Source: Antedon mediterranea (lineage: Eukaryota > Animalia > Echinodermata). Taken from it: a stretch of 64,000 nt of DNA. Both the position numbers and the translations under genes were made by a program. Positions 12,012 to 24,679 of the stretch are shown here, piece by piece; within the stretch, counting starts at the first letter, position 1, and every line of letters begins with the position of its first letter. The notes beneath the pieces are model-generated. The model was not told the origin of the DNA. It worked only from the letters and a program-made list of their open reading frames with translations, and did not search any database. The stretch lies in NCBI RefSeq assembly GCF_964355755.1, contig NC_092671.1, positions 9,300,001-9,364,000 of the forward strand, written 5' to 3'.

Positions 12012-14018
12012 TTAAGCTTGAACAGTGAAGCAACGAATTTCATCATTTGGGACGCGCATATCAAAAGTGTCATCTTATGTTGTCGCTGTGGCTGCTACAC
12101 CACTGACGTACGTACGGCCGGCAGCAAAGTTTAGGCCAATCAGAAACACGCTAAAATGAACCAATCCCAAGTTGAGTGTTTGTATGTCTGTATTTCTCAA
12201 TGAAGTGATCTCTAATACGTGTGAGTGTGATGTGCCCAAATATGGTAGTGATATACCCAAAGATGGTAGTGATTTGACCTCATCATGTTCATAATATGGG
12301 CACATCACATTTTTTTTGTTCACATAAAGTTTGATACTGTAGACAGGGGTTTACATCTATTCAACACTGCGCTTTGATTACTTTGAGATTGCTGTGAAAA
12401 CACACATAATAAATATACAATAAATCTATAATCTCTTAACTATTAATTAATAACACGTTTAGGATAATTTCCTGTTATTACATTAATGTACGTTTCGCAT
12501 GCAAATGTTACTCTGTATTTGCTTCTCAAAATCCATAATACCTTTTTACTTCCTGAATGATGTATGTTTTTATAGATTAGCTTTTGTATTGCCTTCAACG
12601 GTTTGTCTATTAATATTATGTGAGTGCTTATACTATTTAGAATTTATTAAAATAAACAGAATTCAGGTGTGTTAAAAAAGCAACTTGTAATTCCAGAATT
12701 ATGTATAATTGAGTATAAATCCGTTATGATGATCTATGTTTTTACATTATATAGTCCACATAAACTTGTTATATAATATTGATACACAAAGTATGAACGA
12801 CTAAACGGATCACGGGGGGTTGAATTAGTACGGTATAAATAACGAACATATATGACGACTTACGATTAACTGTCGTTTTTTTATTTGAGATTAATCATAT
12901 CTTTTGTATTTCGTTGTAAATCGAATTGAAACGTATTTTGTCCGGCTGCGTGTTCGGCTTTCATGAACTTTCAGAACTCAATCTGCTATTTATAGAATAT
13001 TTTAATGTCATAAAGCATAATACTTAAGTCGTCTTTTAAAGGAACTTTACAAAGATTACAAAAAACACCTGCATCCTTGTATGTATCTGAAAAATATTGA
13101 TTCTTGTTATATAAGATTGTAATATGAGAATTTAATTAATTAGCCCATGAACCCGTATAGTTCGGGAATATATCTAAAAATATTTGTTATTTGTCATTCT
13201 TACAACAAAATATTCACATCAATATTAAGAAATACATAAATAAGTATGCCTATATGATATAATACCTTTAAAAAAAGCACAAAACAAAGTCTAAAACTAT
13301 GAAAATGAATTAATTAATTTAGAAACGATAAAGATTAGGAATTCTGTGAGAATGACAAAAAGCCGCCTATGTCGAAATATAGTAATATATTATAATAATA
13401 ATAATAATGGTGTTGTTTAAATTCAATTGGATAGCGACAATTCAACCAAATGCAATTTTCTGGAGAGCAGGGGAAAAAAAACAATAAAAGCAATATAGAA
13501 ACACAATGTTGAGTGACGTCACCATTCTTAGAAACTCCTGAGTCAACGATTACCCATTAACTATCTCTCTGTTAAATGGCAATTCGCAAAGAATTAAACA
13601 CGTGATCAATCTTCGCATAAGACAAGAAAAACACCATTTAGAGCTGAGTAACACTTACCGTAATCATTATCATTAATATGACTATTAAACTAACAATTTA
13701 AGGGAATTTATTGTAATAATAGGGCCTAAGCATGCATAAATAAAACAATTACAGTATACTTTAGATTGTCATATTCTAAGAATACGTCACGCTTACGTCA
13801 CGTACCTACAGTACTACGCCATGTTTGTTGTAGGCATACGCGCTCTCAGTTTTCAGAACGCTGAAAAGGTACGTGACGTGTTTCATTGTCATGTAAATAA
13901 TTCCAGGTGAAAAATAATGGATTGCACGTGTGCGGTACAACTTTATCATGAACCAAGACGTCTGAAATAATTTGAAATCATTTGAAGTAGCCTGTATTGA
14001 TTCGTATAAAATGTCTTA

Positions 14019-14197
14019 AGCGTGGTTCCCACTAGCGACGCAACGCAAGGACGTAACGCAACGCAAGTGAATTGACCAATCACAAGCGATGGCTTATTCG
14101 CTTGTGATTGCTAACTGTCTATAACTTCGCTTGTCATTGGTTAAAACGCTTGCGTTGCGTTTACATCGTTGCGTTACGTTCTAGTGGGAACCAAGCT
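14019..14197. mobile_element. PIF/Harbinger-type MITE, family A (third copy)
   Basis: AGCGTGGTTCCCACTAG..CTAGTGGGAACCAAGCT with TTA TSD. Confidence 0.85.
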
Positions 14198-17100
14198 TTA
14201 ATTCCAATGCAAACAATATGTACAACACATGTAGTATTTCAAACATTAGACATAAGATAGATTTCGAGAGTGCAGAAGTGTGTGAGTCGTGTAAAAAGTA
14301 AAACTCTTTGTACGCCGCCCACCTGTGTTCAGGTTTGCCGCGTTCAACGAATGTTGCATTTTTGTTGTTTTTTTATGAGGTGTAAGGCCTAGTTAGTGTA
14401 CCTTGTTAGTGCTGCTATGAGTACGTCTAAGTGTACTATACTGTAGGCTCATCATTTTAAAAATATTTAATAATATTCTACAGTATTTTATTCAAAATTA
14501 CTTTAATTAAATCGTAATGTTGATGTACTACCTTATGATGGAATGCATATAAAAGAGACTGGCTAAAGAGACTGACTAAAGAGACTGGCTTAATATTATT
14601 GAATTCAATTATTCGTCTTTGTTATAATATTCCGCATCTCGCGTTAATTAATATGGTCTTGAACTTAAAAAGTTCGGCATCTTATCACGGATATTGCCAG
14701 CATTGTTAAAGGTAAAATGAACAGCCCAGCACCGACTGCAGAAAGATTTGAATAGAATATCTAATAGATGGCTTCTATTGTTTCTATTATCTTTCACATT
14801 AATCAAGTATAGTGTATCAAGGCTTTATATTGTAAGTTGCGGAAATCTGATACGATATACCATCATTATATTGTCTTTAGACATTGGATTGTTGATGCAC
14901 AAGCTATAATAGGGGCTTTGGATTTTCTTGGAAAAATATATATTGAACTAACAGTTTAATACTGTCAATATAATAAGAGATTATCGGTGTTGTTATTATT
15001 TATTTGTTGTTATTATGTTGCTAGGGTGATTGTTGCTAACAGAGATGATACTAGAATATTGCATTTTATTTATAATTCGAATAAAATAAGTTGAACCAAT
15101 TTTCAGCATGTTCTCAGAACTCACTTAGGCCTACTGAGTTTAAAAATATAAAAAAGTAAAAAAAGCAAGATGGTAAAATATGTTTAAGCTCGGACGCAAG
15201 GCTAGGAGGATGTAAGCGCACAGCATCCATTATTACGACCAATTACGATGTGCGATGAGTATTACCCGAACTGCCTGTCGCTCACCTGCGTATAACTTCG
15301 TTGAATTGCATATAGGCCTACGTCAATTGGGAACCAATATTTTACGCTTGATTCTGACAAAGGAGACGCAACACAACTACGTAGACGCAACGCAAACGAC
15401 CTGACCAATGACAAGCGACATCGCTTGTGATTGATCAACGTACACAACGTTGCGCTTTCGACGTTGCATTTCAACCATTGAAGCTTTGCGCTAATGATGT
15501 GTCAATGGTTAGTAGTAGGCCTATTCTAGCGTAACACTATAGACAAGATGATATTCAAAATGTGGAATACGTTGCCTTCAAATGCATAACTTGTTTGACA
15601 ATATTGATTATTAAAATCTAAATTCATTTTTGATGCTCTGTAGGCCTACTTCCGATATCGGTTTTGTAATAGAGACAACCCCAAGTTATCTTCGAGCCTA
15701 CGGCCTAAGTACAGTATTTTTGCATTCATTAACCCACTTATTAAGTCGAAACCTCATTGCATCCCTTGGAATTAATGCTTTTATTAAATACCCACAAGCA
15801 TACTGTTTAAAATTATAGGCAGTATGATTGTTTTTTTCAAATTAGTAGCATTACAGAGAATTGGATCTTAATTGTAGGCTAAATTCAAATCATGGCGAAT
15901 TAAAATCCATCCTCAGTAGATATTAGGTATAGACCTAAAACGCTAAACATCCTTTTCATCAATCCAGAAGGAATTGAAGAGTATGTTTAGGCCTACAGTA
16001 CAATAATTGCAAACACAATGCAACAGATAGAGCCACGCGATGGATTGTCCGAACTGTCGCTATGATTGGTGGTTTAATGTTGCGGCGTTACCCCCCAATA
16101 CCTTCAATTTAGTCTCATTTTCATGAATATTCGTTTACAATTCAATCATTATAAATATATCAAATTATTAAATTTGAACCACTAAGTTTGCGGAGGCGTA
16201 TTGGAATAATTGCAATAACATTTAGTCGTGAATAATGTGGGGCACTTGCTCGTATACGCGACTATTCATAAATAATTATAAATGGATTAGTAATATAGTA
16301 GATCAGGAATGAATATTAACTGGATTTAGTCATTATTAAATGCATTTACGGTTATAGAATTTTAATTTTAAGCATGAAGAATAGTGTATGACGCACGTAT
16401 TTAATAATTTGATTGAAATGCATTCGAGAAAATTATTAATATTTTTATATTTTCAACGTTTTATTTTTGGTTAAAGCTGCTTTTTATAGACCTGAATTAT
16501 TTTTATTATTAAGCCTATTATTTATTGCCACCCTATACAATATGAATCGTGTTGATTCGTTTTGGGTGGTATATTTTATGTTTTACAACATACTGCGTTC
16601 CCACGGAGAATATAAACGCCAAAAATATTTTCCTCACAATTGTTTTGTTTTTCTGTGTGATAGTTAGTGGTAAGTTATGTAACCAATTATCCGGCATTAC
16701 AGTTTATGATCTAATAAAAGAAATATATTTAATATTATTGTAACGTTTTGTTATTTTTAACATTGGGAATTTCTTATTGCCGCCTAGGCCCTAGGCCTAG
16801 TCCAAGGCCGGGCAAGGCTTAGCCTCTCGTTTTGTTTTTGTTTGTTGCGCAGCGAATTAGAAAAGGTCAGAACAGAAGGGGATTACACGGGGATGAAATC
16901 TTGCATAGACCAGGCCTAGCTGGCTAAGAATATGAAAGGGATGTACCGACTAGGCCTATATATAAATATATGAACACATTTAAATTGTATATATGTATTT
17001 ATCTAGTAACCTAGTGGGGCGAAATAGAAATTAATTAGGCTAGGCCTAGGCATGGAGGTATAAAATTATACCTCCATGGCCTAGGCCTAGGCCCCTACTA

Positions 17101-17288
17101 CTAGTACTAGCCAAAAAGTACCATACATTGTCATTAGTTTACAATACAAATACATGTCACTTTTTTATACTACAGAATGATTATTAATTAGGCCTAAGCC
17201 TAAAGATTATTTTGATTTTACTCTCACTCACTCAGAGCCAATGGAAATCAAGTTTGTCCGAATTGTTGTTTACTAAACCTGTTTCATA

Positions 17289-20200
17289 ATGGAGTCTGAA
17301 AATGAAACATTACGTCAACAATTTCAAGCTCTACAAGATCAACAACAAAAGAAAATGCAACGTCGTTTGCAAAGACAAGAAGAAAAAAAGAAGAAAACGG
17401 ATGACACCGCTGAAGGAGATGCAAAACAAGTTGGTCTTGACATTGGAGATGACCTAGGTCTATCGGTAAAATTTTAACATACAATTCAGTTGACATAACA
17501 TATTTATGCACTTGTCAATTGTATGACCCACTATACGACCCCCGGGAGAGGTGCGTCATTTGTCCGATGTGCGTCATACTTTTGAATACCATGACGCACC
17601 CGTGCGTCAAAAAGGTGACTTACCTTTAGGTGACCATGACGCACCCATTTTGACGCACTGTGACCATGTTGTTTATGATATGGTGGGTGGTAAAGTGACG
17701 GACATTGACACACCTTGTTCATTGATGTGACGTACCATCTAGGTTTTTTGACGCACCCCTGCGTCAGTAATTATTTGTAAATGACGCACCCATGACGCAC
17801 CTCTCCCGGGGGTCGTATAGTGAGTCATACAATTGACAAGTGCATTACCAGCATCCATGCAAGATGTTATTTTTAAAAATAGACTTTTAAATTGATATTT
17901 AATAGAAATAACAAATTGGATAATATATGTTGAACGATTTATGTTGAACTCTTCAAGCAATATGGAATGAGTATTTTTACTAATCTTAAGCTCTGTCTAC
18001 ACTATCAAACTTTATGTGACAAAAAAATGTGATGTGCCTATATGGTATTAAATGATGATGTCATATCACTACCATGGGGCATATCACGACCGTAGCTGAG
18101 CACACCAAACTTTTTTGATAGTTTAGACAGAGCTTTAGTGGTGTCACCTGAATTGAGATTGAATGTTAAATGTTTTTTATCAATTTTGTTTCTTATTTTT
18201 TGTATTGAATGAAATCAATATCAACATAATTCTATGCATAACAATTGTACAGTAATTAAATTATATTATTTAATGCTGTTTTATTTTACAGCTTAGTGAA
18301 GGTATACCAGACACTGCAATATATAATGAGGAATTACACACTCATCTGAACCAACAGATTAGAGTAAGTTTTTTAGTCATTGCCCAAAATGCACCTGAAC
18401 AATGAACCACACCTAATAATAAGATATGTTATCGGGTCCCGAAGGTATCTCCTTAAAGCTCTGTCTACGCTATCAAACTAGTTTGACCAAAAAAGTGCCC
18501 AAATATGGTAGTGGTATGCCCAAATATGGTAGTGATATGACATCATCATGCCCATATATGGGCATATAACATTTTTTGTCGCATAAAGTTTGATAGTGTA
18601 GACAAGGCTTTATATGTGTTGTACTGTATTAGTTTTGGTTTTTGGAGAATAGAGACATTTTCTCTTTAATCATGATTGTTTTATGCATTATGTCTCTTTT
18701 TAGGAATTGAAGGATGAAACTGGTCGTCTTTACAAGCTTTTGAGTGAGAGGGATTATGAAATAAAAAGACTAAAGAAGCAAAGAGAAAGTGAAAGGATAG
18801 CAATTGCAGGTATTTTAATCCCTTACCCCAACGCAATTGGCAAATAATAAGAGTTATTTTCAAATATAGATGCTCACCCACATAAATTTAGTTTTTGAAA
18901 GTGTATACAGTATTATATTATATTTATTATTTGTCCACAGGAAGCGGTGTAGCCAGTGAAACTGCAGCGACAAAGATTGTTGATCTTTCGAAGAAAAACC
19001 GAGAAATGAAATCAGAATTAGAGAGTGAGAAAACAAAAGTAAAACAAATTCTTAAAAAGCTAAATGAGACCGAGAAACAGGTATGATTTTTAATAATTTT
19101 TGTAACATTATTTTGTATGTGTTTGTGTGTGTATTTTTGAATGCATTTTATGTAAAGTTGTTTTATTGAACTATTTTATTTTAGCTAAATGAATCAAATG
19201 GCAACTACAAAGCACTGACAACTTTTGAAGAACCGAGCGAGAAAGAACAGTTACAAGCGGAAATAAAACAGATTCAAGAAAAACTCAACCAAACTACGTC
19301 TAAGATGATGGAGTATCGAAATCAAACCGGCTCACTTAAGCAGGAATTGAAACTTGCTCACAGAGTGCTTACTCAAGAGGTGGGTGAACATGCCAATGTA
19401 CAGGCACTTCTGAACAGCAAGGGTGGAGCCCGTGGAAGGGCCCAGCAAATACTCAACCTCCAAAATAAGGTTTGTATTTTTTTGCATGCTCTAACACATT
19501 GGCTTAAGTTATGTAAAACAGAGGGTGCCACCACAATATATAATTTTAATACCTTCTGCAATAAAACAAAACAAACAAACAGATGTTATATTCACATTAT
19601 TGTTTAAGTGCATCTCCTTAGCACTACCCAATGAAATTGTGCTGACTATGATGTACTGTATACATTTTAAGTAGATACTTGTGTTATCGTTCCCATCGCC
19701 TTGGACAAAACCGACATGTTAATTGTATCAAATCTGACACCAGTTTAGTAAATATATGATTACTGGTTGCTGTCAATGTAAAGGAGGCATCAAGCCATTT
19801 TCATAAGAACAATACTCTACACAATTCTTAGATTTTTGATGAATTTCTTTTGTGTTGCACTCTGCAGATTAGTTAAACTTACTAGCTCAATCAAGTAAAT
19901 TTATTTTTTTTTAAATATCTATATACAGGTTTCTGAACTTGAAAGTCAGTTACATCAACAGCGTTTTGTTTCTACCAGACCAGACACACAGATGAGTCTT
20001 GAAGACCAATTTATGACGATGGATATCCCAGATGACAAATCTGAATCCATTGTCTCCGCAAGGACCTTCAAAAGCAACCATAGTTCGTCAACTGCTGATA
20101 AAAACCGTACAAAAATCAGACAAATGGAAAAAGAACGAAAAGAAGCACAGGCTGTAAGCTAAGAAATTTCTTTTCTGTAGTATTATGTGTTCCTTATTAA

Positions 20201-23200
20201 TTTCACTGCTAATCTTACTGTAGTGTATATTTATTCAAATTTAATTTTCTTTTAACAAAGTAAATAAAAGTTTATATATATACAGTATATCATTATTTTC
20301 CTGAAAGCTCTGCCAATTTTTCTGGCTGTTTTACTTCATCATTTTGATTTAGGTTTTAGCTTATTTTATTTTGTATCTCCATTGAGATCTAGCCACTTTT
20401 GCCTTTGGATTTATATATATATAAATAATACTGTCAACTTATTAAAACAGTCAAGCATAGCTTTCGATGCAAGTTCCATAATTTTTAGTTGTTAGAAAAA
20501 ATGTCTTAATACCATTACTCATATTCTTTGGTGTTTTCTAAACAGAAAGCAAATGAAGAACTGAAAGACTTACAGTTGGACTACTCTAGGCTAAAAGAGA
20601 AATGTGACGCATCAAAGGCTAGAAACAAAGTACTGGCAAATGAGCTTAAGTCTCTAAAGCAACAAATTAGTACATTTATAGATAAAGGAAAACATGATGA
20701 CGAGTTGATATCAGCTTTATTGGTAAGTTTCAGATTAAAACTGATTCTCAGTACTGTATCTATAGTGTATACAGGATACTGGATATATATGGAGATACAG
20801 TACAGTACAGATAGTTGGGTGAAAACTTTGACTTTCAAACAAAACAAAGGTGTTAAAATGTATGCCTGTGCAAATATATTGTCTTGTATCTAAAAATATA
20901 AATTATTGATAATAATTTCTCTATTTAATGTCTTTGTTTTTCTTTTTATACAGAAACAACAAAGTCAGTTGAATGAAGTTTACAATGAAACACACAGACA
21001 ACAAGAAGAACAAAAGAAACAGCAAAAGCAACATCAGCAACTCTTGCATCAACAAAACCAACACGACATGAACATTGTTGAACAGTTGAAAAGAATTGTT
21101 GCAGAAAAGGAACAAAAAGTTCACAATCTTGAGGATGAAATTAATCAAATGAGGTTAAAGGTTAGAGTTCAATTTAATTATTTTTCTTTCTTTTGATTTA
21201 GTACTTATTCGAATGTGCACTGTGTACGATATTATGAATGTAATTTGTCCTACAAAAGTTATAATATTTTCACATATTACTAGCAAGAAGAACGACATAG
21301 CATGAATGGTTTTATGGAGCGTCCCCCATCTCGTGGAGGAAGCAGGCCATCCTCAAGCCAAGTAGAAAGGCCAGGGACAGGTACAAAGGTTGTGACCTTT
21401 GACAATAGTGTAAATGGACATTTCAGTGGTGGGCCAGTACCTCCCTCCAGGTTAGTGCTATCAGCTGTGGTGGTGTGATCAATCATTTTGGCACATAAGT
21501 CCATCCAATTGGTTTTAAGCCCCAGTATTCAAACTATTTTTTAATCATGCATTGTGGTATTGATACTACCATATATGCCATTATTGACAGACTGATGATT
21601 GAATGTCATTTGGTGGACAACTGAAAGTCATGAAAGGGGAGAGATGAAAGTTGTTAAATGCTATAATCTAGTCCACTTCGCTTTGAGACAGCTGTCACTG
21701 TAGAAAGCGCATAATACAAAATACCATTTGTCATATATATTTTTTATGTATAAATATCATTTTAAATTGTTTTTTTTGTCATTTTTTAGAAGTGGTTCCA
21801 GGCATAGTGCACGTAGTACATCAAGACAAAGTATAGACAGTCCAGGAAGGCCATCGTCCACATCTGTTAGGCCTTTAAGTGCAAAGTAAGTCAAATATAG
21901 AAAATCTGCTATCTCTGGGCAATAATCACCTACCAGCAGGACGACTAAAGTACCCCAATAATATAATTGCCACCCAGGACATTTTCTCTATCTAACTAAT
22001 GGTGAGGTACTGTAATTGTCCCAAGTATTCCGAAGTTTTGTGATTTAATTTTGTTTAAATAAAATGTTTAAAAGATAAATGTACAACATACTTTACTTCT
22101 TTTCTACAGTGCATTGGATGTTGATGAGTTAAGGCGGCAGTGTCAAGAATATAAATCCTTCAGTCAAGTTGCTGAAGTGGAGCGAGAAAAATTGATGGAA
22201 CTGGTTGCAGTATTACAGAGACGGTATGTAGTACTTAACTTAATATTGATGTCATTCTGTAGCTTTTGTGTGCTTTTCAGACTGTATAGTCCTCCTCTCA
22301 ACGGGATCTTCTGAACTATTTTGGCCATGTTTGGAACAGTGGAAAAGGATTTGTGGGATGACCTATCATGACATATGTTGATCAGTTCCAAGAAGACACA
22401 GGGCTATACTACCAGAAATCGTGAGACCATTATGCAAAATAAAAACCTATGGAGAACCATCATTGGACTTAGATATAATAAATAATAATAATATGGATGT
22501 ATATAGCACACGTACCACTCAAGAGTGCACAAGGCAGGTTAAAAAAAAGTGAAATTCAATTTACAATATCTGGTTGACTAGATGACAACGGAGTGAGTGA
22601 GTGTAACAGTGAAAGATCCAGGGTTGTGAAATAGGAGGTCTAAATTTTATTTTGCATTTTTTATCTCCCAAATCAGTTAATATTTATTTAACTGTATACT
22701 TTTAAAAGTATGCCTGTACCATGATAAATGTTTGCTACTGTAATTAATTGTGATTTAATTATCATGTGTTTAGAGTGGAAGAGGCCAATCAGAATCAAGC
22801 TGATACACATTCTCAAGCTCAAGAACTAAAACGACAGAATGTACAGCTTGAGAAGCAGTTAGGTAAGATGAGAATTGAATCTGGTCGCAAGGGAGCTACG
22901 CAATCAAAAAACGCCCTCACAGCAGCAATAAAAACGGAAGAAGAGCTTCTTAAAGCAGATATCAAGTTGACTACAGAAAACCTGGAAGAACTGCAGACCA
23001 GGTGAGGATAATGTTTTTTTTAGTTGTTGAACTTTTTTTTCAGCTCTTGCTCTAGATATTAATATAGATTTGATAAAATGTTGCTCATTTAGCATGCGAA
23101 TATTGTCCAGTAGTAATTATGAATATCTCGCAAAATAAATCTGTTCAAGTTACACTTTCACACGTTAGTTTGTCAGGCTATTTGTATATATATTAAATAG

Positions 23201-23610
23201 AGATAACTAGATGTACAGTACTACCGCTATCAAGTATTCATATTTATTTTTTGTTTTCTTTATGCCCCTTTTAATGTTTTTTATTATTTTATTCTGTTTT
23301 ATAACCAGCAACCAATTTTATTTTATACCTGTTTGTGAAAACACAATAAAGATAACTTGAACTTAATTCTTCCAAAAGATAGAGCCTTTTCTTTTGTAAA
23401 TAAATGTTTTAAATAAATGAACTTTGATAAATAAATTGTTTCAGGTTAGCAATTCAAATAGACGAGAACGATGCCCTGAAGGCAGCCCTGCAAAGCACCA
23501 TGAAAAGTAAAGACGAGGACCTGAAACTTTATCATCAGATGATGGAGCAGACTAGAAAAGTTTTCTTACAGGGCCTAAGACAGTTCAAACAAACAAGTAT
23601 AGGATCATAA
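17289..23610 (+). CDS. CCDC13: Coiled-coil domain-containing protein 13 (centriolar satellite), 13 coding exons
   Basis: Exons 17289-17465, 18292-18363, 18704-18809, 18941-19080, 19185-19469, 19929-20153, 20546-20722, 20954-21160, 21284-21450, 21790-21885, 22110-22223, 22774-23001, 23445-23610. Motifs [66 protein letters not shown] and [25 protein letters not shown] match CCDC13. Confidence 0.92.
17507..17844. mobile_element. MITE with about 50-bp TIRs in a CCDC13 intron
   Basis: TGCACTTGTCAATTGTATGAC..CCCCCGGGAGAGGTGCGTCA and its inverse; TTA TSD; internal TGACGCAC repeats. Confidence 0.88.
17989..18134. mobile_element. PIF/Harbinger-type MITE, family B (other copies at about 11290-11419, 12200-12347, 18457-18609, 23676-23799, 29422-29579, 57473-57610)
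   Basis: TIRs AGCTCTGTCTACACTATCAAAC / GTTTGATAGTGTAGACAGAGCT; TTA TSD; internal ATATCACTACCATATTTGGGC subrepeats. Confidence 0.88.
22300..22492 (+). mobile_element. RTE-like LINE 3' remnant with (AAT)n tail
   Basis: LNYFGHV-like and LWR..I-like peptides followed by AATAATAATAAT. Confidence 0.4.
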
Positions 23611-24116
23611 CAGCGTCAGCCTTCTTTGAATATATTATATTGTAAATTGAAAGACCGCTAGTTCAGTTTTAGTAAAGCTCTGTCTACACTATCAAATTAG
23701 TTTGACCAAAATAAATATGGTAGTGATATGACGTCATTTATTCCATATATGGGCAAATCACATGTTTTTGTCACAAAGTTTGATAGAGGAGACAGAGCTA
23801 GCTTAAGTGTGATATTTGTATTTGGTCACATTTGCCAAGCATTTGTCGTGTTATTATTTCTTAGATAACTTGTGCTTACTAAATTCAATAGTAACTTAGT
23901 TACCCTAATATAATTTAAAAATTAGAATTTCCAATATTTCAAATAATATATAAATCTGTCTGTCATTTTATTGAGTACTATTAACAGTGCAATAATTCTG
24001 ATTTTGATTCGAGTCTCTGATAAGCCAACACTAAACATAATAATGGTAGTTTTATATAGCGCCTAATACAATGTTTTTAAGCGCTTTACACACAAAAATA
24101 AATAATGGTAATATTA

Positions 24117-24607
24117 GGGAGGTTTCGCAACCTTACGAAAACGGATACGTTATACATTTGTGAAACTTTGGTGCTGATCCCCATTTCATATTCGTAAAGC
24201 GTATTCGTGTTGACGAATATCACCAGTCATATTCGTAACTGCAAAACGAGTATAGTTTTTGATCTATTTTGCACATTTTGCATTTGAATCAATGATTCAT
24301 GATTATAATATAATTATAGATTTATTGAAAGTAATTTACTAAAGTAATTTACTAAAATGCCAAGTCAATTTTGATAAATAGCAGTTTTTAAAGTCCTCAC
24401 TCGCTTTGATGTTACGCTAGGCCTAGGCAGCCAAGCACCAAGCAACACGTACCTGCGCTTCGCTCAAATTTACCGCAGTCATATTTTGGACGCGCCTCAA
24501 TATTTCGTTGCCATGCGAAACAGATTTTTGTATGGCTTACGAAAACGAATACGTGTGCGTGACGTATCCGTTTTCGTTATCGTATTCGTAAGATTGCGAA
24601 ACCTCTC
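24117..24607. mobile_element. Harbinger-like MITE
   Basis: TIRs GGGAGGTTTCGCAA..TTACGAA / TTCGTAAGATTGCGAAACCTCTC with TTA/TAA flanks. Confidence 0.8.
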
Positions 24608-24679
24608 TAATGTCCAATCAAAAGACAGGAATTTATTTAGGTTTTGCATTATAATGATGGGCCAATTTTCGAAAATAAG

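Noticed and set aside
16594-16616. RFX X-box plus TATA for the ciliary gene CCDC13 (GTTCCCACGGAGAA..TATAAA)
   Set aside because: Only an imperfect consensus match and the TSS is unknown; too weak to call.
17815-17830. T7-promoter-like GACTCACTATA (possible vector contamination)
   Set aside because: Only a partial match, and it is part of a MITE TIR mirrored at about 17521-17536.
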